From NCBI GenBank assembly GCA_963848295.1, contig CAWKDB010000010.1:2112001-2176000 (forward strand): a stretch of 64,000 bases of DNA, in the 5' to 3' direction. This document shows, piece by piece, positions 54,272-64,000 of this stretch. The notes under the pieces were generated by a model. The model did no database searches. It was not told where the DNA came from and saw only the letters and a list, made by a program, of their open reading frames with translations. The DNA is from an uncultured delta proteobacterium. Its GTDB lineage: Bacteria; Myxococcota_A; Polyangia; Haliangiales; Haliangiaceae. The first letter of the stretch is position 1, and each line of letters starts with the position of its first letter. The translations under genes and the position numbers were made by a program.

Positions 54272-54874
54272 ATGACGCGATTCACCGCCTTACTCGTCGC
54301 CGCGACGTCGCTGTTTGCCTGCGCTGACCACGCCGCGCTCGCCGAACCCTCGAAGATCAAGGCCGACCCGAACGGCCCGCGCGAGACCGCGATCCTCGCC
54401 GGCGGCTGCTTCTGGGGCATGGAGAACGTGCTGCGCGGCGCGCCCGGGATCGCGTCGATCGAGGTCGGCTATGCCGGCGGCGCGAAGCCGAACGTGACGT
54501 ACGAACAGGTGAGCGATGGCGACACCGGCTACGCCGAGTCGGTGCGCGTCGTGTTCGATCCGAACAAGATCTCCTACGCGGATCTGCTGACGCACTGGTA
54601 CTTCCGCGGCCACGATCCGACGCAGCTCGACCACCAGAACAACGACTACGGCACGCAGTATCGGTCGGAGATCTTCACGACCACGCCGGAGCAAGCGAAG
54701 ATCGCCGAGCAGGTCAAGGCGAAGGTCCAGGCGAGCGGCAAGTGGGGCAAGCCGATCGTCACGAAGATCGAGCCGGCGACCACGTTCGTCCGCGCCGAGG
54801 ACTACCACCAGGACTACTTGATCAAGCATCCGGACGGCTACAACGACCACTACCTGCGCAACTTCGACTTCTAG
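54272..54874 (+). CDS. msrA: Peptide-methionine (S)-S-oxide reductase with export/lipoprotein signal
   Basis: GGCFWG, VGYAGG, TGYAE, HDPT, GTQYRS and AEDYHQDY motifs. Confidence 0.95.
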   Translation: MTRFTALLVAATSLFACADHAALAEPSKIKADPNGPRETAILAGGCFWGMENVLRGAPGIASIEVGYAGGAKPNVTYEQVSDGDTGYAESVRVVFDPNKISYADLLTHWYFRGHDPTQLDHQNNDYGTQYRSEIFTTTPEQAKIAEQVKAKVQASGKWGKPIVTKIEPATTFVRAEDYHQDYLIKHPDGYNDHYLRNFDF

Positions 54875-54877
54875 CCG

Positions 54878-55696
54878 TCACACGAAGAAGTCGGGCAGCA
54901 GCTTCGCCGACGGATCGACCGCGTACTCGCCGAGGTCGGTCTTGCCCTCTGCCGCGAGCACCTCGTCGTCGATGTAGAAGTTGCCGGTGTGATCTTTCGC
55001 CGACCGATTGAGGATCGCGTACGCCGCGTCGCCCATGATCTCCGGCTTGCGCGAGCCCTTCATCGCGGCATCGCCGCCCAATAGATTCTTGATCGCGGCG
55101 GTCGCGATCGTCGTACGCGGCCACAGCGCGTTGAACGCGATGCCGGCGTGCTTGAACTCGCCCGCCATCCCGAGCACACACATGCTCATCCCGTACTTCG
55201 CCATCGTGTACGCGACGTGAGGTGCGAACCACCGCGTCTCCATGTTGAGCGGCGGCGACAGCATCAGCACGTGCGGGTTGGTCGCTTTCTTGAGATGCGG
55301 GATGCAGTGCTTGCTGCACACGTACGTGCCGCGCGTGTTGATCGAGTGCATCAAGTCGTAGCGCTTCATGTCGGTCATCTCGGTCCCGGTCAGGCTGATC
55401 GCACTCGCGTTGTTGACGAGGATGTCGATGCCGCCGAACGTCTCGAGCGTCTTCGCGACCGCCGCCGCGACCTGATCTTCGAACCGGATGTCGCACATGA
55501 TCGGCAGCGCCTTGCCGCCGGCGGCTTCGAGCTCCTTCGCGGCGGTGAAGATCGTGCCGGGCAGCTTCGGATTTGGCTCGGATGTCTTCGCGACGACCGC
55601 GATGTTCGCGCCGTCTCGTGCTGCGCGCTGGGCGATCGCGAGGCCGATGCCGCGGCTCGCGCCGGTGATGAACAACGTCTTTCCGCGAAGGCTCAT
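54878..55696 (-). CDS. SDR family oxidoreductase (HSDL2-like)
   Basis: TGASRGIG, LVNNASAI, YTMAK and NALWPRT motifs. Confidence 0.93.
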   Translation of the reverse strand: MSLRGKTLFITGASRGIGLAIAQRAARDGANIAVVAKTSEPNPKLPGTIFTAAKELEAAGGKALPIMCDIRFEDQVAAAVAKTLETFGGIDILVNNASAISLTGTEMTDMKRYDLMHSINTRGTYVCSKHCIPHLKKATNPHVLMLSPPLNMETRWFAPHVAYTMAKYGMSMCVLGMAGEFKHAGIAFNALWPRTTIATAAIKNLLGGDAAMKGSRKPEIMGDAAYAILNRSAKDHTGNFYIDDEVLAAEGKTDLGEYAVDPSAKLLPDFFV

Positions 55697-55716
55697 GCGC
55701 GGAACGTAGACCAGCG

Positions 55717-56361
55717 CTACGGCAACGTCACCGCTTTACCGTCGCATTCGCAGATGTACGTGAACGAGAAGTTGAACGGCTGTGCCTGGTACTCGCCGCC
55801 GTTGCTGTCGAACGAATTGCCGAGGACCGCGCCGTTCGGGTTGTTCGCCGGATAGCCATAGGTCTTGTAGCTCGGTTCGCCGGTCGCCCAATCGTTGCTG
55901 TCGGTCATCGCGCCGGTGGTGATCTTCGTCCACGCGCCGCCCGCGCTGACCTGATAGTTGCCGGTCCACATGTACGCGTAGCCGAGCACTCGCGCGCCGG
56001 CGCCCATCACGGCTTCGCGTTCGGCCGGCGTGTCGAACACCACGAGGTGAGTCATCGGCTCGTTGCCCGACCGCGTCTGCTCGCACGCGGACTCGGCGCC
56101 GGTCCACGTCGCCGAGGGATACGTCGTCGGCACGTAGTACGCGCTGTTCTCGCCCGAGCCGCCGATCGTCGTGTAGTTGGCCGGGCAGGTCGCCGGATCG
56201 AACCCCGGCGCATCCTCGGAGATCTCGGGTGCGTCGGTCGGGGCGTCGCTGCCGCCGTGCGCACCGTCGAAGTCGGCATCGCGCGGTCCGACGCCGCCCT
56301 GCTCCGGCGCGGTGAACGAGCACGCCGACCCCGCGAGCATCACGACCACTGCGAACCGCAC
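55717..56361 (-). CDS. C-type lectin domain lipoprotein
   Basis: SACSF N-terminus; TWTGAESACE...HLVV...WTG...WATGEP...YICECD. Confidence 0.82.
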   Translation of the reverse strand: MRFAVVVMLAGSACSFTAPEQGGVGPRDADFDGAHGGSDAPTDAPEISEDAPGFDPATCPANYTTIGGSGENSAYYVPTTYPSATWTGAESACEQTRSGNEPMTHLVVFDTPAEREAVMGAGARVLGYAYMWTGNYQVSAGGAWTKITTGAMTDSNDWATGEPSYKTYGYPANNPNGAVLGNSFDSNGGEYQAQPFNFSFTYICECDGKAVTLP

Positions 56362-56381
56362 GCGCCGATCATACGTGGCGG

Positions 56382-56990
56382 TCACGGCGGGGTCCACGGC
56401 CGTCCGGTCTCCGCGTCGACATGGCTGAGCCGGATCCCGGTCGGCGCGACCTCGATCATTCCAAACGTGATCGGCAAGTTGAACCGGCGCGGCCCGATCG
56501 AGCCCGGGTTGAACACCGTGAGACCGCGCTCGGCTCCCATGAACGGGACGTGTGAGTGACCGCACACGACGAGCTGCGCCTTCTCGGCGCGCGCGACCTT
56601 CGCGGCATCGGCGCGCAACCGTGGACCGGCGACGCCGATGTGGACGAGCACGAGCCGCAGCGCACCGACGTCGATCGCGAGCACGTCGGGCAGATCGCGC
56701 TCGCGCGAATCGATCACACCGCGCCGCCATCCGGCGGCGCTGCTGGCCGGGCGCAGGTCCCGGCCATCGATATTGCCGCGGATCGCGTAGACCGGCGCGA
56801 TCGTCGCGAGCTCGTCGAGGACGGTCAGCTCGCCGATGTCGCCGGCGTGGAGGATCGCGGCGGGCGCGCGCGCGGCGAGCCAGCGGTTGGTATCGGGATG
56901 CGGATGCGAGTGGGTATCGGCAACCACGGCGAGGGTCGCGCGACCGCCGGGCGCCGCGATCGTCGCAGCGGCACGGGTCAGCGGGATCAC
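56382..56990 (-). CDS. YfcE-like metallophosphoesterase with a 19-aa insertion
   Basis: ADTH, HAGDIG, RGNID, GHSHVP and FNPGS motifs. Confidence 0.9.
   Translation of the reverse strand: MIPLTRAAATIAAPGGRATLAVVADTHSHPHPDTNRWLAARAPAAILHAGDIGELTVLDELATIAPVYAIRGNIDGRDLRPASSAAGWRRGVIDSRERDLPDVLAIDVGALRLVLVHIGVAGPRLRADAAKVARAEKAQLVVCGHSHVPFMGAERGLTVFNPGSIGPRRFNLPITFGMIEVAPTGIRLSHVDAETGRPWTPP
56709..56771. mobile_element. 51-bp double-hairpin element flanked by ATCGAT direct repeats, in frame within a CDS
   Basis: ATCGAT at 56709-56714 and 56766-56771; stems GCGCCGCC/GGCGGCGC and GGCCGGG/CCCGGCC. Confidence 0.65.
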
Positions 56991-58237
56991 GACGGTCCGG
57001 GCATGTCCGCGGGCGAGATCGTGGCCGCCACCTTCGTCACTACGCCCCAGGTCAGGATGAACCCGACCGCGCCGCCGCCGCCGGAGCCGCCGCAGGCGAA
57101 CACACGGTTGGTCGAGCTCGCACCGTTGGGTATCGCTCCCGCGCCGCCGAGCTGTCCTGCTTCAGCGCAAGCACTCGCGGGGGCTGCGCCGCCCATCGCC
57201 TGGACCCCGCTCGGTTGACCATCCTGACCGCCGTTGCCGGTCTCGGCGAAGCCGCCGCTCGCGCCGCCGCCGCCGCCGTTCGCCGCGACCGTCGCGCCGG
57301 TGAATGCGATCGCGGGCGCGTCGAACGCGAGCAAGCCACCTGCGCCGCCGCCGCCGCCGCCGGACGCCGAGCCGAGCGGACTACCGCCGCCGCCGCCGCC
57401 GCCACCGAGCACGCGTCCCGTGATCGCGATCGCCGTCTTCGCCGCGAGCTCGACCGCACCGCCGCCGGCGCCGCCGACGGAGATCGCGTTCGGATCGCCG
57501 GTGTCACCCGGACCCGCCTTGCCGCTGTTGGCCCCCGAGCAGCCGCCGCGCACGATCGCGGGTGCGCTGACCGCGACGCCGCCGAAGCCACCATCGGAGG
57601 CTTCGGGACTGTCGCCCGAGCCGCCGCCGCCTCCGGAGCCGTCGAGCGCGCCACCACCGCCACCGCCCGAGCCGCCGGTGGTCGGCACTTCGTCCTGGCC
57701 GAGCATCGCGGTCGCGCCGGGTGTCGTCGACCACGGCGTCACCGCGCACTGCGGCTGCGGGCTCGACCCGGCGCCGACTCGCGTCGCGGTCGAGCCGACA
57801 TCGATCGCGCCCGCGACCATGATCGTGTCCCACGACGCGACGATCAGCGGCTCGGCGCCGATGACCTGAAGGGTCGCGCCCGCTTCGACGTTCAACGATG
57901 CGATCGAGATCAGATACGCGGTCGAGCCGTCGCTCTGCATGATCGGCTTGTTCGCGGGCGTGGTCGAGGCGCTCGTGGGATCGGTGAGCGCGCCGGAATC
58001 GGTGCTGAATGTCCACGTGCCCGCGGTGAGATCGAGCCCGCTGCTCGGTGCGGGGATGGAGCACGCCACGAAGTTATGCGGGCTCCACATCGTGCATTCG
58101 GCCGGTGCGTCGAGCTCGATCACGTCGACGCGCTGGGCGTCGATCGCGTTCGTATCATCCCCGCTCGTCGGGCCCAGATTCCGTGTGAACGAGCAGCCGC
58201 TCGCCAGCGACGCAACCATGCACAGCTGGCACCTCAC
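56987..58237 (-). CDS. Glycine-rich surface lipoprotein
   Basis: SGCSF N-terminus; repeated GGGGG-x-GG motifs with short beta strands. Confidence 0.8.
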   Translation of the reverse strand: MRCQLCMVASLASGCSFTRNLGPTSGDDTNAIDAQRVDVIELDAPAECTMWSPHNFVACSIPAPSSGLDLTAGTWTFSTDSGALTDPTSASTTPANKPIMQSDGSTAYLISIASLNVEAGATLQVIGAEPLIVASWDTIMVAGAIDVGSTATRVGAGSSPQPQCAVTPWSTTPGATAMLGQDEVPTTGGSGGGGGGALDGSGGGGGSGDSPEASDGGFGGVAVSAPAIVRGGCSGANSGKAGPGDTGDPNAISVGGAGGGAVELAAKTAIAITGRVLGGGGGGGGSPLGSASGGGGGGAGGLLAFDAPAIAFTGATVAANGGGGGASGGFAETGNGGQDGQPSGVQAMGGAAPASACAEAGQLGGAGAIPNGASSTNRVFACGGSGGGGAVGFILTWGVVTKVAATISPADMPGPS

Positions 58238-58291
58238 GTTCCACCATCATACGCGCAACTCCGGCCGCGCCGAAACATGCGACTCTCGGCC

Positions 58292-59077
58292 ATGGCCAAG
58301 GTCTTGTTCCCGCTGCCCGACCACGACTTCGACGTCACCGAAGTCGCCGCGCCGTGGAAGGTCTTGCGCGACGCTGGCCACGAGCCGGTGTTCGCGACGG
58401 AAGCCGGAGCCGTGCCTGCCTGCGACCCATTGCTGTTGACCGGCGTCGTGTTCGGCAAGCTCGGCGCGCGCGGCGATGCGATCGCGCTGTACCGCGAGAT
58501 GGAGCAGTCACCGGAGCTCACCGCGCCGCGCAGGTGGAGCGATTGTCGCGTCGAGCAATTCGATGCGCTGTTCCTCGCGGGCGGTCACGCGCCGGGCATG
58601 CGGCAGTACCTGGGCAGCGAGCTCGTGCAGCAACTGACCGCCGCGTTCTTCGCGACCGACAAGCCGATCGCGGCGATCTGCCACGGCGTGCTCGTCGCGG
58701 CGCGATCGAAGCGCGGCGATGGCATGTCGGTGTTACATGGCAAAAAGACGACGTGCTTGCCGAAGTACATGGAGCGCTCGGCCTACCTCGCGACATTTTG
58801 GCGACGCGGTCGCTACTACCGGACGTATCCGGCGTATGTCGAAGACGAAGTTCGTGCCGCTCTGGCAACGCCGGATGACTTCGTGCGCGGTCCGCGCGAA
58901 TTGTCGAAGCGAGGTACGCGCGAAGACGATACGTACGCGTTTGTCGTCGAGGATGGCCGCTACGTCTCGGCGCGCTGGCCCGGCGATGCATTCCTGATCG
59001 CGAAGAAGTTGAACGAGCGACTCGCTTCGGCGAGCGCCGGAGCTTCGACGACTAATCGCGCTGAATATTCGGGCTAA
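58292..59077 (+). CDS. DJ-1/PfpI (class I glutamine amidotransferase-like) protein
   Basis: FDVTEVAAPW, LAGGH, AAICHG and SARWPGD motifs. Confidence 0.9.
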   Translation: MAKVLFPLPDHDFDVTEVAAPWKVLRDAGHEPVFATEAGAVPACDPLLLTGVVFGKLGARGDAIALYREMEQSPELTAPRRWSDCRVEQFDALFLAGGHAPGMRQYLGSELVQQLTAAFFATDKPIAAICHGVLVAARSKRGDGMSVLHGKKTTCLPKYMERSAYLATFWRRGRYYRTYPAYVEDEVRAALATPDDFVRGPRELSKRGTREDDTYAFVVEDGRYVSARWPGDAFLIAKKLNERLASASAGASTTNRAEYSG

Positions 59078-59109
59078 ACTTCGCGTCCGACCACCGAGTC
59101 AGTCGTCTC

Positions 59110-60993
59110 GTGCGCTTTCGCCTGTATCCATTGCTCGCCGTCGCCGCGCTCGCCGGTGACACGCGCGCCGATCTCGGCGTGCGCGACTATCGCTATTTTC
59201 GCGCGCTGTCGATCGATCTGCTCGGCCGACCCGCGACGCGGTCCGAGCTCGCCGTGTTCGAGCGCCCCGACTTCGATCTCGATGCGTGGATCGATTCCGC
59301 GATGGGCACGCCGGAGTATTCCGACCGCCTGCGCCGGATCTACATGGACGTGCTGCGGCTCGAGGTCGGTCCCAGCTTTCAGTTCGCGCCCGCGCCGCTC
59401 GTGCTGCGCCGCGAGCAAGTCCTCGATCCCGAAGGCGCGCCGCTCTACATCTACTTTCGCAAAGGTCAGCGCCGCGTCGATCCGATCACCGATGGCGACT
59501 TCTGCCTGAGCCACGACGACACCGGGCTGCAATTTCCGAACAACGGGCCGTCGATCGGCTTCCCGCATCCGGTGAGCCAGCGCGTGCTCGACGATCGCAC
59601 CGTGCTGGTCAAGCCGTGGTGGCTGTACGCCGACTATCGCGCGACGACGCCGAGCGACCGGATCGGCGTCGACTGGAAGAGGCGCTACCCCGGGTTCGTG
59701 CCGGCGCCGGCGTTGCTCGTCGAGCCCGACGGCAAGACGCCGACGACGCTCGTCCGCGTGTGCAAAGAAGAAGCACAGACCGCGGACAGCGGCACGGTCT
59801 ACGCGTCGGGTCGCGCCGCGGTGAAGAAGGGTGAACCGCTGATCGCGGGCCGACTCGACGCGCCACCCGGCGACTCGGGGTTCGCGAAGAACCAGAAGGG
59901 CCGCGCGGTGTCGTGCTTGTCCGGCACCGGCTTTCAGAATTCGGTCGAGTGCGGTTGCGGCATCGGCCTCGAGCGCTGCGAGCCGGCGAGCGGACCGCAG
60001 TTCGAGTCGCCGGCGTTCGTGATGCCGACGCACACGCCGCTCGGCACCGGTGCGCCGTTCGAGGCGACGGCGCAGCCGGCGTCGTCGTGGGAACGCAAGT
60101 GGTGGGGCGAAGAAGCGCGCGTGTTCCTCGACAAGATCTTCACCGAGGATCGCGACTTCCGCGAAGTGCTGACCAGCCGCGCGACCTCGGTCAACGGCCC
60201 GCTCGCCCAGTTTTATCGGTTCTTCGCGGGCGCGACGTGTTGCGGCCCGACCGCCGACATCGGCTACAGCCAACCCGAGCCGCTCGTCGAACCGGGCGCG
60301 ATCCCAGAGGCGCTCGTGCCCGAGGACACCGCGACGTGGCTACCGGTCGCCGATCGCGGCCCGCACGCATCGGGCATCTTGACGATGCCGATCTTCCTGA
60401 CCAAGTACGGCTCGCGGCGCGCGCGCGCCCACGTCGTCTACAACGCGTTCCTGTGCAAGGACTTCGTCGCGGACAGCGTCAAGCTCGCGCCATCGACCGA
60501 AGCCGATCTGACCAAGCGCCCGGGCTGTTCGAGCTGTCACCAGACGCTCGAGCCGATGGCGTCGTACTTCACGCGCGTGCTGGAGTCGGACTGGACGTAT
60601 CTGCCGGCGACCACGTTCCCGATGTCGCAAGCGCGCTGCGCGAAGGCCGATCGCTCGAAGTTGCCCGGGCTGTGCAAGCAGGTCTACGACCCCGCGTTCT
60701 CGGACGAGCACCACTCGACGCTGCGCGGCGCCTATGCGTCGCCGGCGCACGCCGAGGCCGGACCGGCCGGGCTCGCGCAGGAGATCGTCGGGGCACCGGA
60801 GTTCGCGCCGTGCGTCGTCGACACCGTCGCGTCGTCATTACTCGGCCGCGCGCTCGCACCGGAGGACGAGGCGTGGAAGACCGAGCTGACGACGACGTTC
60901 GTCACCGGCGGCTACCGGATGAAGGCGCTGGTCAAGGCGATCGTGACCTCGGCGCGCTATCGCAAGGGCAACGACGCGAAGAGGGCGCCGTGA
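59110..60993 (+). CDS. Secreted Cys-rich protein of DUF1549/DUF1588/DUF1585-like type with CxxCH
   Basis: RALSIDLLGRPAT, GILT...RRARA...FLC, CSSCHQTLEP and LLGRAL...F-x-TGGYRMKALVKAIVTSARY. Confidence 0.75.
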   Translation: MRFRLYPLLAVAALAGDTRADLGVRDYRYFRALSIDLLGRPATRSELAVFERPDFDLDAWIDSAMGTPEYSDRLRRIYMDVLRLEVGPSFQFAPAPLVLRREQVLDPEGAPLYIYFRKGQRRVDPITDGDFCLSHDDTGLQFPNNGPSIGFPHPVSQRVLDDRTVLVKPWWLYADYRATTPSDRIGVDWKRRYPGFVPAPALLVEPDGKTPTTLVRVCKEEAQTADSGTVYASGRAAVKKGEPLIAGRLDAPPGDSGFAKNQKGRAVSCLSGTGFQNSVECGCGIGLERCEPASGPQFESPAFVMPTHTPLGTGAPFEATAQPASSWERKWWGEEARVFLDKIFTEDRDFREVLTSRATSVNGPLAQFYRFFAGATCCGPTADIGYSQPEPLVEPGAIPEALVPEDTATWLPVADRGPHASGILTMPIFLTKYGSRRARAHVVYNAFLCKDFVADSVKLAPSTEADLTKRPGCSSCHQTLEPMASYFTRVLESDWTYLPATTFPMSQARCAKADRSKLPGLCKQVYDPAFSDEHHSTLRGAYASPAHAEAGPAGLAQEIVGAPEFAPCVVDTVASSLLGRALAPEDEAWKTELTTTFVTGGYRMKALVKAIVTSARYRKGNDAKRAP

Positions 60994-61646
60994 AGCTCGC
61001 CCTGGTCGTGCTCGCCGCATGCGGTACCGCTCGCGGCATCGCGCCGACCGCGTCGCAGCCGCTGCCGGCGGCGAAGTCGGTCGCGATCGACACGACCCCG
61101 AAGGAGCGGCGCCGCATGATGCCGCCCGAGGTCTACTTGCGCGCGTACCTCGGGTGGTTCGGTGGGCTCGTGCCGCTCGACGTCCAAGCGCGCGCGAAGG
61201 GCAAGGCGTTGTTCGACGCGTGGGACGACTATCTGGCCGCGCTCGGTCTGCCCGACTATCGCGTCGACCTGCCGCGCCAGATCCAGACCAACACGCTGAT
61301 GCTCGCGACGCTCGGGCGGCTCGGTGAAGCGTTGTGCATGCGCGCCGCCGAACGCGACCTGCACGGCAAGCCGCCCGCGGTCGCCGATCGCGTGATCTAC
61401 GCGTTCGACGTCGTGCCGACGCCGAGCCTCGACCAGTTTCGCGATCGGTTCGACGTCTTGCATCGCACGTTCATCGGCTATCCGATCGCGCTCGCTCCCG
61501 CGGATCGGCTCGCGAAGTTCTACGCGCTCTATCGAGCGGTCGCCGCGCGCCACAAGACCGCGAAGCGACCGCTGACCGGCGACGAGACCGCGTGGGCCGC
61601 GGTGTGCACCGCGCTCGTCCAGCATCCCGAAACGGAGCTCTACTGA
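60990..61646 (+). CDS. Hypothetical lipoprotein
   Basis: Lipobox LAAC; C-terminal AWAAVCTALVQHPE; GTGA overlap. Confidence 0.75.
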   Translation: MKLALVVLAACGTARGIAPTASQPLPAAKSVAIDTTPKERRRMMPPEVYLRAYLGWFGGLVPLDVQARAKGKALFDAWDDYLAALGLPDYRVDLPRQIQTNTLMLATLGRLGEALCMRAAERDLHGKPPAVADRVIYAFDVVPTPSLDQFRDRFDVLHRTFIGYPIALAPADRLAKFYALYRAVAARHKTAKRPLTGDETAWAAVCTALVQHPETELY

Positions 61647-62995
61647 TGTTCACTCGACGCTCGATGTTGCAGCTGCTCGGCGGTGGCGCCGCGAGCCTCG
61701 CGCTGCGCCGGCCTGTGTGGGCCGCGACCAAAGCCGCCGCGCCCGGCGAGTTCTTCATCTTCATCCATGCGGCGGGCGGCTGGGACGTCACGCTGTGGGC
61801 CGATCCGCGCAACGAGCGCAAGGGGCTCGTCGAACCGGCCGCGACCGACAACACCGACATCGCGCCGCTGACCCATTGGAAGTCGACGCGGCTCGACAAC
61901 GACGTCGACACGTTCGAGATCCTCGCGCCGCATAACGTCGCGCTGCGGTTCGGGCCGGGGATCGGCGACCTGTTCGACTTCCGCGAGCGCCTGACCGTCA
62001 TCAACGGCCTCGCGATGAACACGGTGAGCCATCCCGACGGCACCGCGTTCTCCGCGACCGGACGTCACCTCGCGGGTGGGCGACCTCCGGCTTCGAGCGT
62101 CGACGTCGCGATCGCGAACGAGCTCGGCACCGACCAGCTGCTGCCGGATGTCGCGGTGCAATACCCGGCGTCGTTCATCGGCGACCGACTCGACCGCCGC
62201 GCGGTCCCGCTGCGCGTCGCGAGCGCCGCGACGATCGCGAAGTCGTTGACCCGCAGCGACGCCTACCTCGCCACCGACGATCGCGCCGCGATCACCGCGT
62301 TGCTCACCGACGAATCCGCCGCGCTCGCCGAGCAATCGGCGTATCCTGAGACCTATCTGCGCGCCGAGAGTCAGGAGACCGCGCTGCCGAAGTTGATCTC
62401 GGGTGCGCTCGAGAAGGCGTTCACCCAGAAGGCGCTGCAAGACGCGTATCCGAAGTTCGATTACAAAGCGAAGTCGCAAGGTCAAGGCGCGCTGTCCGCC
62501 GCATTCGCGCTCGAAGCGATCAGACGCAACGTCGTGCGCTGCGTCGGGTTCTCGCTCGGCGGGCTCGACACGCACAACCAGAACTACAAGCAGCAGGCGC
62601 ACACGCAGCAGGAGCTGTTCGCCGTGATCGCGCGGCTCGTCGAGCAGCTCGATCGCACACCGCATCCGAGCAAGCGCTCCGCGAAGCTCGCCGACCACAC
62701 CCATATCCTGGTGTTCTCCGACTTCTGCCGCACGCCACAGATCAACCTGAACGGCGGGCGCGATCACTACCCGAACAACTCGGCGCTCGTGATCTCGCCG
62801 AAGTTCGTCGCCGGTCGCTCGTTCGGCAAGACCGATGTCGAGCAACTCTTGCCCGCCGACGCCGGCCTGCCGTTCTCCGACGGCCCACGCCCGATCTCGC
62901 CGCCCGATCTGCTCGCGACGTTCGTCTCGGCGTTCGACATCGATCCGCGCAAGTATCTGCGCGATGGTGAGGTCGTGAAGGCGATGCTGCGGTGA
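61646..62995 (+). CDS. DUF1501-like protein with Tat signal
   Basis: TRRSML signal; GGWD, SH, GGLDTH, SDFCRTPQIN and GGRDHY motifs. Confidence 0.85.
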   Translation: MFTRRSMLQLLGGGAASLALRRPVWAATKAAAPGEFFIFIHAAGGWDVTLWADPRNERKGLVEPAATDNTDIAPLTHWKSTRLDNDVDTFEILAPHNVALRFGPGIGDLFDFRERLTVINGLAMNTVSHPDGTAFSATGRHLAGGRPPASSVDVAIANELGTDQLLPDVAVQYPASFIGDRLDRRAVPLRVASAATIAKSLTRSDAYLATDDRAAITALLTDESAALAEQSAYPETYLRAESQETALPKLISGALEKAFTQKALQDAYPKFDYKAKSQGQGALSAAFALEAIRRNVVRCVGFSLGGLDTHNQNYKQQAHTQQELFAVIARLVEQLDRTPHPSKRSAKLADHTHILVFSDFCRTPQINLNGGRDHYPNNSALVISPKFVAGRSFGKTDVEQLLPADAGLPFSDGPRPISPPDLLATFVSAFDIDPRKYLRDGEVVKAMLR

Positions 62996-64000
62996 GGCGC
63001 GCGCTGCTCGTGGTCGCCGTCGCATGCGCTCACGCGCCGCCGCCCGTGACGAAGCTCGTCGCCACCGACCTCGGCACGCTCGACAATGCGTCTGCGGTCG
63101 TCGGGCTCGGCGACGCGACGTTCGTGTTCCGCACTTCGGGCGTCGCGATCGTACGTGGTGCGGTGCTGGCCGCGACCGGCGAGGCACCCGTCGAGATTCG
63201 GTCGGCGACGACGATCGCCGCGCTCGATGGCGATGGTCGCTGGGTCGTCGGGATCGGCCGCGACGGCAGCGTGTGGCGCGTGACCCAGACGGCGGCCTTC
63301 GAATCGATCGGCGAGCGACTCGGGTTCGATGGCGCCAAGGTCATCGCGCTCGTCGGAGCGGGCAAGACCATCGCAGCGCAGCTCGATCATGGCGTGGCGT
63401 CGTCGACCGACGGCCATCACATGCAGATCGTCACGAGCGTGCCGGCGATGACCGCGTTCGCTGCTGCCGTCGACCGGCTCGCGTTCGCGACCGCCACGAC
63501 GGTGGAGCTGTGGGATCTCGCGAAGGCGACGCGCCGGTCGTTCGCGATCGCCGGTGCTCACTCGCTCGCATTCCTCGAGCCGGACAGCTCGGCACCGCGA
63601 CTCGTCGTCGCAACGGCTGATCAACTCGCGATCGAGAGCGGCGGAGCGTTGCGCCGCGTCAGCGCGCCCCGTGTGTTGTCCCAGATCGTCGCCGCCGGAC
63701 CGCGGCTGTGGATCGGAGCCGCCGACGGCATGTACCTCTACGATGGGCGGACGACGTCGCCGACGACCAGCGCGACGCACGCGCCGCGACCGCTCTACGG
63801 ATCGGCCACCGGCGACGTGTGGGTCGCGGGCAAACCCGGGTTGGCGCACTACGCGATCGCCGGCGCGACGACCGCGGTGCACGCTGCCGACGCCCGCTGG
63901 CAAGCGAGCATCGCCCCGGTGTTCCAACGCGTGTGCGCCCACTGCCATCTCCCGGGTGGCGACGCCGGCATCGATCTGTCGACCGCTGCGGCGTGGACCC
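62992..64000 (+). CDS. 3'-truncated lipoprotein with beta-rich region and c-type heme motif
   Basis: GTG overlaps the upstream stop; AVAC lipobox; frame open to the window end; IAPVFQRVCAHCH. Confidence 0.8.
   Translation, partial: MRRALLVVAVACAHAPPPVTKLVATDLGTLDNASAVVGLGDATFVFRTSGVAIVRGAVLAATGEAPVEIRSATTIAALDGDGRWVVGIGRDGSVWRVTQTAAFESIGERLGFDGAKVIALVGAGKTIAAQLDHGVASSTDGHHMQIVTSVPAMTAFAAAVDRLAFATATTVELWDLAKATRRSFAIAGAHSLAFLEPDSSAPRLVVATADQLAIESGGALRRVSAPRVLSQIVAAGPRLWIGAADGMYLYDGRTTSPTTSATHAPRPLYGSATGDVWVAGKPGLAHYAIAGATTAVHAADARWQASIAPVFQRVCAHCHLPGGDAGIDLSTAAAWT

Overview
High-GC bacterial chromosomal segment. The gene content points to Myxococcota, most like Kofleriaceae/Haliangiales (inference): three Hanks-type Ser/Thr kinases, many Cys-lipoproteins with CGRLxF/CSF starts, MYXO-CTERM-like tails, an ECF-FecR operon and a DUF1585/DUF1501-type operon. 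It holds about 55 CDS, one tRNA-Leu(TAG), a decayed group II intron and several genes broken by single-base insertions, which may be assembly errors. No CRISPR, integrase or phage genes were seen. The most notable signals are: (1) ~4.6 tandem 140-bp highly structured repeats that each re-create the tRNA-Leu 3' end; (2) a small double-hairpin element family, with one copy in frame inside a metallophosphoesterase gene and flanked by a 6-bp duplication; (3) many TANNNT boxes 6-8 nt before start codons, suggesting leaderless transcription; (4) two apparently exported TldD/PmbA-like pairs, one coupled to a radical SAM gene and one lacking the HExxxH motif in both subunits; (5) a translationally coupled DUF1585-like/lipoprotein/DUF1501/c-type cytochrome operon of unknown function. 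All family calls come from motif recognition by eye, not from database searches.
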